DNA from: Eledone cirrhosa
Lineage: Eukaryota
NCBI GenBank assembly: GCA_964016885.1
Contig: OZ024746.1
Coordinates: 68,758,001-68,822,000 of the forward strand
Direction of reading: 5' to 3'
DNA: 64,000 bases
Position 1 is the stretch's first letter. Each line of letters begins with the position of its first letter. The notes beneath the pieces were generated by a model that saw nothing but the letters and a program-made list of their open reading frames with translations, had not been told where the DNA came from and ran no database searches. Shown here in pieces: positions 13,832 through 32,291 of the stretch. Position numbers and translations under genes: made by a program.

Positions 13832-14234
13832 TAAAATAAAGAATTAATTCTTTAATTTCTCATCTTTATCACAAGTAGCTTCTGATAAGATCACATTTTT
13901 TGACAAACTGTAAATTCTATAAAATGTTATTAATAATTCTGGTCACAATAGAATCTTTCCAAATTGACTTATCTTCATCACTGCAGTTATTATACCTTAC
14001 TACCAAAATATCCAAGTGTATCTATTTTGTAGTAAATACAAATTTCTTCATCTAGATTTCTTTGTTAATGATAAATTTTGTCACATCAACAGTTTTTATT
14101 GTTAAAAAAGAAAAGGTTTTTTTCACAAACACTCGTCTAAATAGTTCTCTGACGAGTTATAAGAGTTGCCTGGGTAACAGTATATTAGTTAATTATCTTT
14201 GATAAATGAGAGATTGATATTATTATTAAAAAAG

Positions 14235-14420
14235 GGCGGTGGATTGGCAGTATCGGTAGAGGGTCGGACGCCATGCTGTCCAGCATAGTTACGTCCCTTT
14301 ACGATCTGAGTTCAAATCCCGCCGAGGTTGACTTTGCCTTTCATCCTTATGGGGTCGATAAAATAAAGTACCAGTAATGCACTGGGTAATTGCTGGCCTT
14401 GTGCCTAAAGTAGAAACAAT
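14235..14420 (+). mobile_element. Full-length family A tRNA-SINE with TSD (core resembles the MetaSINE-type domain)
   Basis: A box TGGCAGTATCGG, B box GAGTTCAAATCC, core GCCTTTCATCCTTATGGGGTCGATAAA, 14-bp TSD TATTATTAAAAAAG; the domain name is from memory. Confidence 0.85.
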
Positions 14421-15329
14421 TATTATTAAAAAAGTGGGTGAGATATGAGAGAGAGTGGGAGGAGAGATGAAAAAGAAATAGCAAGCAAAGAGTGAAAATG
14501 AAAGGAAAATAACTGAGAAACAGAAAGAAATGAAAATGGAAACAAGTGAAATAAAAAAAATAGGGAGGGGGTATAGAAAAGAAATTGAATAGAAAAAAAG
14601 AAGATATCAATGAAAACCAAAACGTTAAAAAAAAGAATAAGGAAATGGATGAACAACAATAAAACGAAATGAAAGTTTTGGAAATGAAAAAATAGGAAAT
14701 ATAACAGAAACAACTAGCAAAGAAAACAAAATAATTCATTCCACCCAGCCATTCCTTTCTAGAATAAGATTCCTTTGGAATTCTTCTTTTGTCAATATTT
14801 ATCCAGCAGCTGTTGACATGAAACTGTTTAACCAAGTTGATTTCACTGGTCTTGTGGGTAGGGCTGTTAAGACTATGGACATAACCCCCTTCCTTCACAT
14901 CAATGCAATAAAAAAGGGTTTCTTTAAAAATTTAAAACATGGAAATTTGACCTTGTTTTAGTAATATTTATAGTACAATTTATTGTAATATGATGAAATA
15001 GAAAAAAACAGAATTTATTAAAAGTGAAAATTTGAGATGGAAAATTTGAATGAGGAACCTGTATATCTAAAAGGGAGTAATCAATTAGACCAGTGCCAAT
15101 AAAGATAATACTACCTTTAGTTTAGAAATAAGGTTCCTCATCTGTAACTCTGTACATATCCAGGTAGATGATTTCTAGGGATCTAACCAGTTTGAATGGA
15201 ATATAGATATAATATTGTAAAATATACCCAGTCCACACTCTAAATGTGATTGGTATTAGGAAGGGCATCCAGCCATAGAAATCATGATGATGATGATTCA
15301 TTCTGAAGATGAGAATTATAATCTAATTA

Positions 15330-15540
15330 ATTGTTTCTACATTTGGCATAGGGCTAACAATTTGAAGAGAAGGGAAAGTCGATTAAATCAACCCCCAGTG
15401 CATTACTGGTACTTTATTTTATCAACTCTAAAAGGAAGGTAGGCAAACCTATCCATGGTAGGATTTGAACTCAGAACATAAAGGGCTGTAGCTATATGTT
15501 ACAAAGCATGTTGTCTGCAATACTGTCTAACACAGCCCTA
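15330..15540 (-). mobile_element. Family A SINE
   Basis: Same core and tail in reverse. Confidence 0.7.
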
Positions 15541-16194
15541 ATTATAATCTAATTGATAGCAACTAATCTCAGACAATTAGATATTTACTTGTACCAAAAG
15601 TATATTTTAAAGTATATGTTGATTATTTTAAAGTCATGATTTCCAGCAGCAACAAGAGACATATAACCACCAAACAAGAAAGATTAAAATAAAGCAAAAA
15701 TCTGAATTGTTTTATATGGATTGTCTGACCAACAAACTAAACAAGCCAGTATTTTGAAATAAATAGAGCAAAAAATTCAAATAAAGTTCAGATTTTTTTC
15801 ATATTAGTTACAGAAATTATTACAAAAGCAAATGTAAATACATACATTGGAGAAGTCACTAATTTTGCTAGCATGCAACTTGATTCATAGAACAATGTTT
15901 GGTAATGAAGTTAAAAAAAAATTTGCCAAAATTCCATAGACAAAAGATGAATTAGAAAAATGTCTTTTAACATAAAGAAGTGTTTTTCTAACTTAGACAT
16001 CTTCAACTGAATCAAAAGATTAGCTATAATATTTCTGTGCAAACAGTATCTTCACTCAAAATTTTATTATTTCCTATCATATAAAATATATTCTTGTTTG
16101 TTACACAGATCTTTCTTTCTATAAACAAAACTTCAAATTCAAGAAATGGGTTATTAGCTAGGGTGGAGAATATTTTTATCCCTTCCTTCTATAA

Positions 16195-16372
16195 GATAAT
16201 TGTTTCTACTTTTTGGCACAAGGCCAGCAATTACCCAGTACATTACTGGTACTTTATTTTATTGACCCCGTAAGGATGAAAGGCAAAGTTAACCTCGGCG
16301 GGATTTGAACTCAGATCGTAAAGGGACGTAACTATGCTGGAAAGCATGTTCGACCCTCTACCGATACTACCA
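16195..16372 (-). mobile_element. Young family A SINE
   Basis: Near-identical reverse complement of 14235-14420. Confidence 0.8.
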
Positions 16373-17372
16373 AACAGAACCCAAGCAAGGCAATAAAGTC
16401 ACTAAAATGCAAGAGGTTACTGAGAAGGGAGAACAAGACAGAGAGAATATAATTCACAGAGAGAGATGACGATGATTGATGTTGCTTTTGGATGTTTGCA
16501 AATTGTAGTAATCAGGAAAGCAAGAAGCTGTGCTGTTGCTGTTATTGTTGTTTAGCTCAAATTGCCTTTAATTTAATAGATTGATGATCAAAAGCATTCC
16601 AGCCATTTCCATCCCACCTTTCTTGGATAATATAGTCTTAGATACAGACGGTAAGGTGTGATATTACTTTAGTTTTTCTGGTTTCAATCATTTGGTGGGG
16701 GTACCACTGCCAAGTGTTTAGTTGATTCTGTTGATCCCCAGTACTTATTCTATCATTGGTGGCGGTGGTAGTGACAACAACAGAGGCAGTATATGACAGG
16801 CTTCAAAACAGCTTCCATCAAACCAAAACCTTCACTCACAAGACATTGGTCAACCCCTGAGGCCATAGTAGAAGTCACCTTCTCCAGGTGCCACACAGTA
16901 AGACCAAAACAAAAACTACATGATTGTGAAACAAACATCCTGACCATTCAACTATGTATTCCTGCATCTATATAATGAAAATTTTGCAGATATTTCTGGC
17001 AGTTCAAACAATCGTGTAGATTCTCCCTTTATGGATTGTGAAATGGTGGATAGTTACTATGTACGTATGTAAGGTCCTGTAACTCCTGATAGAGTCATAA
17101 GGGTGTCATATTGACATACAGCATTTCTTGGACATTTTAAGTCTGGCAGAGCTTATCCTCTATCCAGGCATGAGTACAGCAGATTTCTTCTAAAGAAAGA
17201 TAGAAAGTGAGAGAGAGAGAAGAAATGAGAAAGAGATATAGAGGAAAAATCGAACCCCCCAGTACTAGACCGGTACATTTTTTATCGACCTTGAAAGGAT
17301 GAAAGGCAATGTTGACCTCGGCAGAATTTGAAATCAGAGAGCAGAGAGCCATAATGCATTTTATCTGATGTT

Positions 17373-17616
17373 ATATATATATATATATATATATACATAT
17401 ATAAATATACACATATATATATATATATATATATCCATACACATATAAATATACACATATATATATATATCCATACACATATATATATACACATATATAT
17501 ATATATCCATACACATATATATATACACATATATATATATATCCATACACATATATATATACACATATATATATACACATATATATATACACATATATAT
17601 ATATATATCCATACAC

Positions 17617-17647
<31 letters not shown>

Positions 17648-17708
17648 AATACACACATATATATATATCCATACACACATATAAATACACACATATATAT
17701 ATATCCAT

Positions 17709-17768
<60 letters not shown>

Positions 17769-17902
17769 ATACACACATATATATATATTCATACATATAT
17801 ATATATATACACATATAAATACACACATATATATATATCCATACATATGTATATATACACATATAAATACATATATATAGAATTATATATATATATATAT
17901 AT
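17373..17902. repeat. (TA)n/(TACA) compound microsatellite
   Basis: Direct inspection. Confidence 0.95.
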
Positions 17903-18503
17903 ATTGTTATGATTTTTTTTTTTTGGGGGGGGGGGGTCATGTTGCCAATAAGAAACACACGCACCAGTTGCTTTCACTCCAAAGAAAATACACAATGTTT
18001 AGACAAATCACAGAGGCAATAAACATAAATGAACTCCAACCAAAATTAAATAGAAAACATGAATGGAATAGCAACATCACAACTTACAATTAAGGACAAA
18101 ATGAAAACACACACTTAGAACAAACAACCAACCAGTAACTTGTAAATAAACAAATAAATAAACAAATATAAACACACCCGGATGTAACATGCGCAAACTA
18201 AGCACACAACACACACAAAAACAAGATGGCGTAGGACAGAACAAAGGAGAGGCACAAAAACAAAGAATGTGTGACGAAAGAACTTTGATAATATATGAAC
18301 AACCGTCCGGTTATGGAACCAACCAACCAACCGTAAATTTATAAATTCTTAAATTTATAAATTTAATTTATAATAAATTGGAGTGAAAGCAACTGGTTCG
18401 TGTCTTTCTTATTAGCAACATGACCCTTCCAAAGCATAACAATATCGGTTTCAACACACGTTTTCAGATAAAGAATCTTGCTAAACAAATTCAGAAACAA
18501 AAT
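17903..18503 (+). mobile_element. Penelope-like element 3' fragment with inverted 5' segment
   Basis: Homologous to 25905-26478 (GIY-YIG C-terminus MFRQITEAINI plus 3' UTR); 17903-17982 is the reverse complement of ~18378-18445. Confidence 0.75.
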
Positions 18504-18515
18504 ATATATATATAT

Positions 18516-18850
18516 ATGGCTCTAGTGGTTAGAGCATTGGCCTTGCAATCAAAAGGTTGTGAGTTCAATTCTCGGACCGGGTGATGTGTTATTTCCTTGA
18601 GCAAGACACTTTATTTCACATTGCTCCAGTTTACTCAGCTGTAGAAATGAGATGATAGGGACTTGGGTCCCTATGATTCCACTGCAAAGTGGTCGTGTAG
18701 GTGCCACAGCAAAAAAGCACCCAGCTCTCACTGTAAATGAGGTTGGTGTTAGGAAGGGCATCCAGCTGTAGAAATCAAGCCAGCATCAGTTCCCGTCTCA
18801 CCCTTGCAAGCAGGGAAAAGTGGACGTAAAATGAAATGAAAAAATGAAAT
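18516..18850 (+). mobile_element. Family B SINE: tRNA head + CORE-like domain + RTE-like tail
   Basis: TAGTGGTTAGAGC..GAGTTCAATTC head; CCTTGAGCAAGACACTT..CAGTTTACTCAGCTGTAGAAATG aligns to the CORE consensus; GGAAGGGCATCCAGC motif and GGACGTAAAATGA tail shared with the RTE. Confidence 0.8.
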
Positions 18851-19297
18851 ATACACATATTCCGTTTTCCTTCATCTCTCCCTCTTTGCGCCTGTTCTCA
18901 CTAAGATCAGATGTGTTTCTCTTCGCTCTGTCTCTCTAGCTGTTAATAAGGTCTCAGGGCTTACTACCAGCTGCCTTTTTAACTTCTTCCTCTTTCTCCT
19001 TGGTTATTGCTACATACATGTACTATTGTCTCGTGTTTCCCCCTCTCTATCGGTATGTTTTCTGTTTATTTTCTTTCGCTTCGGTATCCTCTTTTTTTGT
19101 CTTTTCCTTCCCTAATAACTTCCTGAAGTTATTGACGCACTATGGATAGATGTATTGTCTTTAATGCGTCAAAACATCCAAGACCCACAGCAGACAACTG
19201 AAGAGGGGAATTATCTTATATTTGTGTTTCCATTACATTTCTAAACGCTCTTTATTAGTAACCACACAGCACCTTGTCTCTTAATTCTTATATATAC

Positions 19298-19328
<31 letters not shown>

Positions 19329-19385
19329 CATATATATATATACATATATATACATATATATATTATATATATACATATATATACA

Positions 19386-19421
<36 letters not shown>

Positions 19422-20998
19422 CATATATATATACATATATATACACATACATAGTATATATATATACATAGAAACGGCAGGAGCTCAGCCGTCAGGGTCC
19501 CAAATCCTCCATATATACATATATATACATATACATATGTACACACACACAATATATATATATATATATATACACACACATATATATTTATATACATGTA
19601 TATATATACACACACTCGTGTGTGTGCGTATATGTATGTCACCCTCATTATTTTCTCTCTTGTCCACATCAATGATAGGATGTGAACTCTTAAATCTAGA
19701 GAAGAAATGCTCAGACAGTCCAATTGAATGTTGAAGACTTCTCAATCAATAAGTAAACTGCTATTATCACAAATGGCTGGTGGTTTCTCATATAGAACTA
19801 ACCATTTTCTCCAGCTTCTTATTTCTAAAACATTAAGATACTTTCACTTTAAGAAGTTATATAATTCTACATCCCTCTAGCATTTTCAATGTATCGCTTT
19901 GTTCATTTTACCTCTAGATTTGTCAGTTATCAGCAAATTTTATTGAAATATATTCTTTGTTTGTCTGCTGTGATATATGATATATAATTGCTCCCCCAGG
20001 TTGGCTGAAAGTCAATACTGTTATCTGGTGTTAATGAGACCTGTTTGGGGAATTACGCCACATGGAAAAAGTAATGGAATATTTAATAACTTTGACAAGA
20101 AGTTAGGTGTAAACATTACTATCCTCTGAAACAAGTGGTTTTGCTGTTAAAATGATAAAAAGGTGTCAGATGAGCTAAGCAAGCTGCTGGAAATCACTGT
20201 ATAAAGCAATCAATCTACTGACAAAGCATTCAACATTTAGGTTTCGTGATTAAATTATTTAGTTTATATGAGTCCCAAAGAAAGCTTCTGTTAACATTGA
20301 TAAAAGCTAATCTTAGGGCAAATAATGATGAATATAATATATGAGTTTGAAAATTGAAAAATATCCTAAATACTTTTTTTTTGTCCTCTGCAGCTTAAAA
20401 TTATAAGCTTTTGGGAGTGTTCATTTGACTTCGATCTAGATACTTCTCAACCATGAGCTACTTGAATTAAAAGATTTCATCATCATCATCATTTAACATC
20501 TATTTGCCAAGCTTGTATGAGTTAGACAGGCTGTCATATATAGAGGCTTGACTGGTCAGGTAACTACATCTTGCTTGTATGCTCTATTTTGAGCTTGGTT
20601 TCTACAACCAGGTATATGTATTGGTAGCATTTTATTGTGACTCCAGAACAAGAGCCATGCAAGGTGGAGTGGCTGCCTTTTGTCATGACATCAACACTAC
20701 TGCTTTACAGTGTGAACTGGAAGTTTTTCATCATGGCACTAGCACTACTATCTTACAGGGTGGACAGGGTGCTTTTTACCACTTGCATCAGCACTTGATA
20801 CTTTTTATCATGTCAACAACATTACCACTTTACAGAGTTGTCTGGGTGCATTTTATCATGGTAACAGCACAACTTCATTACAACAGTATGCTCAGTATGA
20901 CCTTGGTCAGGCTGAGGAGGTATTGAATAAGAGTGGAATGGGGTTATATTATTTCTATATGCAAAACATTATTGACCTAGATAAAATGAAATCATTTA

Positions 20999-21385
20999 AT
21001 GGTTAGAGCATTGGGCTTGCAATCGAAAGGTTATGAGTTCAATTCTTGGACCGTGTGATGTGTTGTTTCCTTGAGCAAGACACTTTATTTCACATTGATC
21101 CAGTTTACTCAGCTGTAGAAATGAGATGATAGGACTGGGGTCCCTATCATTCCACTGCAACGTGGTTGTGGAGGTGTCACAGCAAAAAAGCACCCAGCCC
21201 ACACAGTAAAGTGGATGTGTAGGCACCACGGAAAAAAAAAGCACCCACCCAGCACTCACTGTAAATGAGGCTGGTGTTAGGAAGGTCATCCAGCTGTAGA
21301 AATCAAGCCAGAATCAGTTCCCGTCCCACCCTTGCAAGCAGGGAAAAGCGGACATAAAATGAAATGAGGAAATGATGATGATGAT
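20999..21385 (+). mobile_element. Family B SINE with internal duplication
   Basis: Homologous to 18516-18850; (GAT)n tail. Confidence 0.8.
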
Positions 21386-25640
<4,255 letters not shown>

Positions 25641-26476
25641 TATCACCTATGTACACTATATTTTTGTCTCTACATTGTCTCTACATTGTCTCTACATTGT
25701 CCTTCAGTACATCTTATGCATAAGATGTACTGAAGGACAATGTAGAGAAAAAAATATAGTGTACATAGGTGAGACAGCTCGTAGTGTAGGGGAACGGATA
25801 AATGAACACTTCAAGAGAGTAAAGAATCATCTATACTCTACCAACATGCTAAAATAGAACATAAGGGTAAATTAGAGAACATAGAAATAAAAATAGAATC
25901 TACACACAGAAAAGACGCAATGTTTAGACAAATCACAGAGGCAATAAACATAAAAGAATTACAACCAAAATTAAATAAAAAATATGCGTGGAACAGCAAC
26001 ATCACAACTTACAATTAAGGACAAAATGAAAACACACACGCACATAGAACAAACAACCAACCGGTAACATGTAAATAAACAAATAAATAAACGAATATAA
26101 ACACACACAGACACCCGGATGTGGCGCATGCGCAGACTGAGCACACAACACACACACAGAAACAAAATGGCGTAGGACAGAACAAAGGAGAGGCACAAAA
26201 ACAAAGAAAAGAATCCCCAGTCACTGAAGAGGTCACAGAATGTGTGACAAAAGAACTTTGACAATATATAAACAACTATCTGGTTGTGGAACCAACCAAC
26301 CAAAAGTTTATAAATTCCTAAATTTATAAATTTATAAATTTATTATAATAAATTGAAGTGAAAGCAACTGGTGCGTGTGTTTCTTATTGGCAACATGACC
26401 CTCCCAAAGCATAACAATATCGGTTTCAACACACGTTTTCAGATAAAGAATCTTGCTAAACAAATTCAGAAACGAA

Positions 26477-26478
<2 letters not shown>
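25641..26478 (+). mobile_element. Penelope-like element fragment: GIY-YIG endonuclease + 3' UTR, 5' fold-back
   Basis: [31 protein letters not shown]...RQITEAINIKELQPKLN; palindrome centred at 25718/25719. Confidence 0.85.
26220..26262 (+). ncRNA. Degenerate PLE-associated type I hammerhead
   Basis: GTCA-CTGAAGA-g-GTCACA/TGTGAC-aAAA-GaaC-TT-TGAC; the sister copy at ~18268-18290 retains GAAA but lacks the 5' half. Confidence 0.55.
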
Positions 26479-26533
<55 letters not shown>

Positions 26534-26651
26534 CATACATATATGTATATATATATACATACATATATATATATATATATATACGTATATACATATATAT
26601 ATATATATACGTATATATATATATATATACGTATATATATATACACATATA

Positions 26652-29145
26652 TACTGAAAGCAATGGATGAAATCTGTGGCTGGAGTAGACCTATTGACAG
26701 GAGGAGAGTAACTTGGTGGTGGAACAGTAAGGTAGAAGAGACAATCAAGGCCAAAGAGCAGGCTTGGAAAGTATGGCAGGATGGGGAAGTAGAAAGCACT
26801 ATCAAGTGGCCAGGAGAAAATCTAGGAGACAAGTGTACCTTGCAAAAAGGGAAGCAGAGGAAAGAAAGTTCAAGCATGTTCTACAACGTGAGGACCAAAA
26901 ACGTGAGGTGTTCAGGATTGCTAGACAATGTGTCAAGGAAAACCATGATATTGTCGTGGAGAAGTGTGTCCGTAATGATAACGGTGTACTTTCCCTCATT
27001 GATGCTGATAAGAAGATAGCCTGGAAGTGTCACTACGAGAGACTATTAAATGAGGAGAATAAGTGGGAAAAAGAAAGTCTGCCCCAAATCGATCCAATAG
27101 AAGGACCAGCAGTGCAAGTTAAAGGTAGTATAATAAGTAAGGCAATCAAAGATATGAAGACAGGAAAGGCAGCTGGGCCTTCGGAGATAGTTGCTGAGAT
27201 GTTGAAGGCATCTGGAATGGTGGGACATACTATGGTCACCCATATAGTTAACCAAGTAATACAGAATGGGGTCATACCAAAAGACTGGCGTAGCAGCATC
27301 ATCATTAACTGCTACAAGATAGAGGAAACTTTAGAGGTATTAAGTTAGTTGACCAGGTCATGAAGGTCACAGAAAGAGTTATAGTGCAACTAATCAGAGA
27401 GCGAATTGATCTAGATGAAATTCAGTTTGGGTTTGTGTCAGGTAAAAGTACCACAGATGCTCTTTTCCTTGTATGACAACTACAAGAGAAGTACCTAGCT
27501 AAAAGTAAACCCCTATACTTAGCTTTTGTAGACCTGAAAAAAGCCTTTGACAGAGTCCCCACTCCATTATCTGGTGGGCTCTTAGAAAACTAGGTGTAGA
27601 TGAATGGTTTGTGAAAGCTGTACAAGCTATGTATAATGAAACAGTCAGTAAGGTTAGAATTAACAATGAATATTGTGAAGAATTTAGTGTAAAAGTTGGT
27701 GTTCACCAAGGCTCTGTCCTTAGCCCCCTCCTATTTATTATTGCCCTTCAGGCTATAACAGAGGAGTTCAAGACCGGCTGCCCATGGCAACTCCTATATG
27801 CAGATGATCTAACGCTCATAGATGAATCAATGGCTGAACTAGAAAACAAATTCCAAACATGGAAGCATGGCCTAGAATCAAAAGGCCTTAAAATTAACTT
27901 GTCTAAGACTAAAGTCCTAGTTTGTAGAAAGAAAAATAAGGCACAGGTACCCTCAGGGAAATGGCCTTGCTCAGTGTGTAGGAAAGGAGTAGGCAGAAAT
28001 TCAATTTTATGTCCCAAATGCAAAGTATGGGTACATAAAAGATGTAGTGGGATCACAGGTAAACTATCTAAGAACGTAGACTTTATATGTGGCCGATGCT
28101 CAGGTGCAATAGGTAGCAAGTGTCCACAGGATACTAGCCCCTTCTATTGCCCAGATGGCTCTATAGAAATAGTAGACACTTTCCGTTACCTGGGTGACAA
28201 AATCAGCAGTGGTGGAGGGTGTTCTGAAAGTACAGTAGCCAGAGTCAGAACGGGATGGAAAAAGTTCAGAAAAGTTTCTCTCTAAAAATGAAAGGCAGAT
28301 TGTATGATGCTTCTGTACGAACAGCAATGCTACATGGCAGTGAGACATGGGCATTACGTGCAAAGGACCTGCGTAGACTGGAAAGGAACGAAGCATGCAT
28401 GCTCCGTTGGATGTGTAATAGTAATATACTTGAACGGCAAAGCATAAATGAACTAAGTGAGAAATTAGGAATAAGAGGGATCAGATGCTGTTTACTTGAG
28501 AGAAGACTACATTGGTATGGTCACATGATGCGCATGAAAGACGGCAGCTGCATAAAAAAGTGCAGGGCGATCAAAATTGATGGTAGTTACGGAGTAGGTA
28601 GACCCAGAAAAACCTGGGACGATCTGATAAATTCCGATCTCACACACTTGCACCTCTCTAAGACAATGTCACTGGACTGAGATCTTTGGTGCTACGCAGT
28701 AATACAGAAGACCCGCCTTGTCTATGTACAAAGCGAAACCTACAATCAGTAGGCACCTCTTAACCAAATATACACCCCAATCCACTACCCCTACCCTATC
28801 CTCCCACTCCCACCAACACCTCCCTCTCTCTATAAAGTTGGTACCACAACATCCAGTCCAAATAAATGAGATAATGAGATCAAGATTGTGTAGGTGTCAT
28901 GAGAAAAAACACAGTCCACGCTGTAATGTGGCCGTGTAGGTAACACGGTAAAAAGTTCCCAGTTCCACACTGTAAATGTGGTTGGTGTTAGGAAGGGCAT
29001 CCAGCCGTAGAAAACCTGCCAGATAGTCCGATATGAGTGAGACATGGTCACCCGACCAACCTTGCCTCAAGTGGGACAACTTCCGTCTAACCCATGCTAG
29101 CATGGAAAGTGGACGTTAAACGATGATGATGATGATGATGATGAT
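26652..29145 (+). mobile_element. 5'-truncated, disabled RTE LINE (RT with Cys/His finger, 3' UTR, (GAT)n tail)
   Basis: KAAGPSEIVAEMLK, GVHQGSVLSPLLF, LLYADD, LHGSETW, GRPRKTW motifs across ORFs 26764-27348, 27611-28285 and 28255-28680; frameshifts and stops. Confidence 0.95.
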
Positions 29146-29884
29146 ATACACACACACACATATATATATATATACACACACACACATATATATATATATA
29201 TACACACACACACATACATATACACACACACACCCACACACATATATATATATTCAAATATATATACACACATATATATACACACACTCATATATATATA
29301 TATTAGAATTGGCACTAATATAGTTCGTCGTAGGTGTTTTTAATAACAACACAAAGGATCCATAATAAAATTCTAGTGTACACCAACTTCCTTGAATTGA
29401 AGATTTTACCATAATTAAAATCAATTCAATTATTTATGCCTATAATTGATAGTCTTTCAAAAATCAACACTTCCATATAAACTATTATTTCTCTGAAACC
29501 CTATCATGACCCTACTTCTAATGAAATATACTTTATTTCATTTAATTAATGAAAAGCTTTGAGTGATTTACTAAAGTTATTAATTATATCATTACTAAAA
29601 TAGTAACTTATATAAAATTATGCTGGGACCCTTTAAAATAGGAGGTTTTGATTCATACAATCAGAGCCAGTTTAGGCTGTGTTAATATAAAAAGGATTTT
29701 AAAAGTTAAAGTCTATACCAAGCTCAGAAATTCATCAGGCTGGTGCTTATTTTGGCTTCATTGCTGTTAATTGTGGCTACAAGACTAAATGAGATGCCAA
29801 TTTATTGCAAAATTGTTATAAGCAATAATGTTTGTATCTCATAAACAATAGGTACTGCAGCTTAACTAGTTCAACAGATATAAG

Positions 29885-30006
29885 TAGTATATAACATACT
29901 TAAAAAGATAAGTGGTGAATGTTATATTAAATAAATGTGTTGGTATAGTATATAACATACTTAAAAAGATAAGTGGTGAATGTTATATTAAATAAATGTG
30001 TTGGTA
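29885..30006. repeat. 61-bp perfect tandem duplication
   Basis: TAGTATATAACATACTTAAAAAGATAAGTGGTGAATG...GTTGGTA x2. Confidence 0.85.
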
Positions 30007-32089
30007 TCAGAAAGGGCATCTAGCCATAGAGAAATTACCTAAAAAAAATGCCTTGCCCAACCTATGCCAGCAAAATTAAATGTAAAATCTATGGTGATGA
30101 TGATATTTAGTTGTGTGAAGGACATGACAACTTCGCTAGTGCTGGTGATCCACACAATAAAAGCACTCACTACATACTGTAAAATGGTTGGTGTTAGGAA
30201 GGGGATCCAGCTGTAGAAAGCTTCCCAAACAAGGGGTTGGGAGGACCCTTCAGTTCTTGTCAAAAAATACAACTTCTCCTTTGCACTCAATAGAATGTAT
30301 GACCGTGTGTGAGATGCAGATACCTCGGTCTGTCTGGGAGGTCAGTAGCCCTGTTTCAGTACTGACTTGTTCTATGTAGACCCATCTGACCCTTGTTAGC
30401 AAGAAAAGCAGGCATTAAACAAACAATAATGATGATGATGTATATCAATTATGCATTCAAAAGCACATCTTCATGCAGATAATAACAGCTTAGTTCATGA
30501 AGAATAGCGAACTTAAAACAAACGTTTAAAAATATTACAGTTAAAATCAGAGACTACTCAAATTAGACCCAGAATCATGGAACCTTTCAGATATTTTTCC
30601 AGACACAAAATAATATCCTTGAAAGAAAATATTTAATAAAAATCTTAATTAATTAAAGATCATTCCCAAAAGTACATAATTACTGAATACAGGATTGGAA
30701 AAATAAAATTAAAAATAAAGATATAATAAAAAAAACTATTCTACAACAAAAATGTAATTTCAGAGGAAATAAAGAATATTATTACTTGGTCAATATTGTA
30801 AAGGCAATAAACTGGAGTGATTACTGAATATTCATACATATTTTTTCATAAATGTTCTTTGTTTTTAATCAAAATCTGTCATTGATAGTCAAAGATATTC
30901 CTCATTAGCATAATTGATTTATGTGTTGTCTTTGTTATTGTTTAGCCCCAACCAAGGTCAATTATGATGATTAAATAAACTTATGCTCAAAGCCATGCCA
31001 ACCATGGCCATCCAGTCTATTTGTATATCAGAGATGTAGATAGGCATAGCTGAGTGATTAAAAATTCCCCTTTGCAATCATTAGGTCCCAGGTTCATTCC
31101 CACTGTGTAACATCTTGGACAAGTGTAATTTACTATAGCCTCGGGTCAGTGAAATTGGGTAGATGGAGACAGTGTAGAAGCCCAACAGATAGATTGTATT
31201 TGTAATCTAAAGGTCCAACATAATTATATATTGTGTTACACTGATCCAGCTTGGGAATTACATTAAGAGTACATTTGACTGTGGAATACTCAGCCACTTA
31301 CATATTTTTTCAATGAGTCAGACATTCAGTTGGCCAAACAACTGAAAGTTTGTTGCCGAAAGCAATAAAAGATCAATCATAAAGACTATATTGTCCAATG
31401 TATCTTCTTATAGACAGTAAGATATAATGTGAAGAGGATTTGGCTGCTGTTTCTAGCAGGTTAAGTGATTTCATAGAAATTTCCTCTTTCCATGCTGGTA
31501 TGGGTTGGACAGATCTGCAACACACCATCATTCTACCATGTTCATTTAATAATTACATTTAATAGCAACTACAATAACAAACACACTGCCATTGTTGACA
31601 ACTATGCTTGTAAATGTGTTGTCTCTGTTAATGGCATGCATGAACCAGGTGATGATGTTCCTGGCAATTACGTCTACCTAAGAACTGACAACTTCTGACG
31701 GACTTCTCCACAATTGCTGTCCATCAAGTTTCCTTCAGAGGTCTTTGGTCTGCCTGACATTATAGAAGAAATTTTCCAAAGGTACCATGATGTAGGATTG
31801 AACCTATAACCAAGTTGTTGTGAAAGAAACTTCTTAACCATAAACCAATGTCTACAATGTATCTGTCACTTTTTTAGGGGAATGGGCTGTGAATTGAAAG
31901 AGATTTGGCTGCTATTTTTAGCAGAGTAAGTAACCATATAGAGGTTTCTTCATTGACCTCAAAGCAAACATAGTTATAAGGTTTGTCCAAGTAATAACTA
32001 TGATATATATATACTGAAGACAATCTAATGATGAAACTTTTGGGTGGTCACCCAACTTGCTAAAAAAAAAAACCAGTTAAATCTCTTTT

Positions 32090-32291
32090 TAAAGGTCCAG
32101 CTGAAAAGTTCATAGGCTGACCAAGATACTCCCATAGAATGACTAAATGAGAGATTTAATTTTCAACATAGTCCCTAGAAAGAAACAATGCAGTTGTTAA
32201 TAAGAAGAGTTGAAATTAATGCATGCAACATTTCACAGCTCTAGCATCACTCTTTCATGGTCAGCCTATGAACTTTTCAGAAAGCCCTGTA
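32090..32291. mobile_element. Tc1/mariner-type MITE
   Basis: 23-bp perfect inverted repeat CTGAAAAGTTCATAGGCTGACCA (32101-32123) / TGGTCAGCCTATGAACTTTTCAG (32258-32280); outer ends decayed. Confidence 0.7.

Noticed and set aside
14745-14922. Possible minus-strand host exon (TLFYCIDVKEGGYVH...)
   Set aside because: Weak donor, no recognisable homology, open on both strands
18516-18590. tRNA-like sequence
   Set aside because: SINE head continuing into the CORE-like domain; no acceptor stem closure
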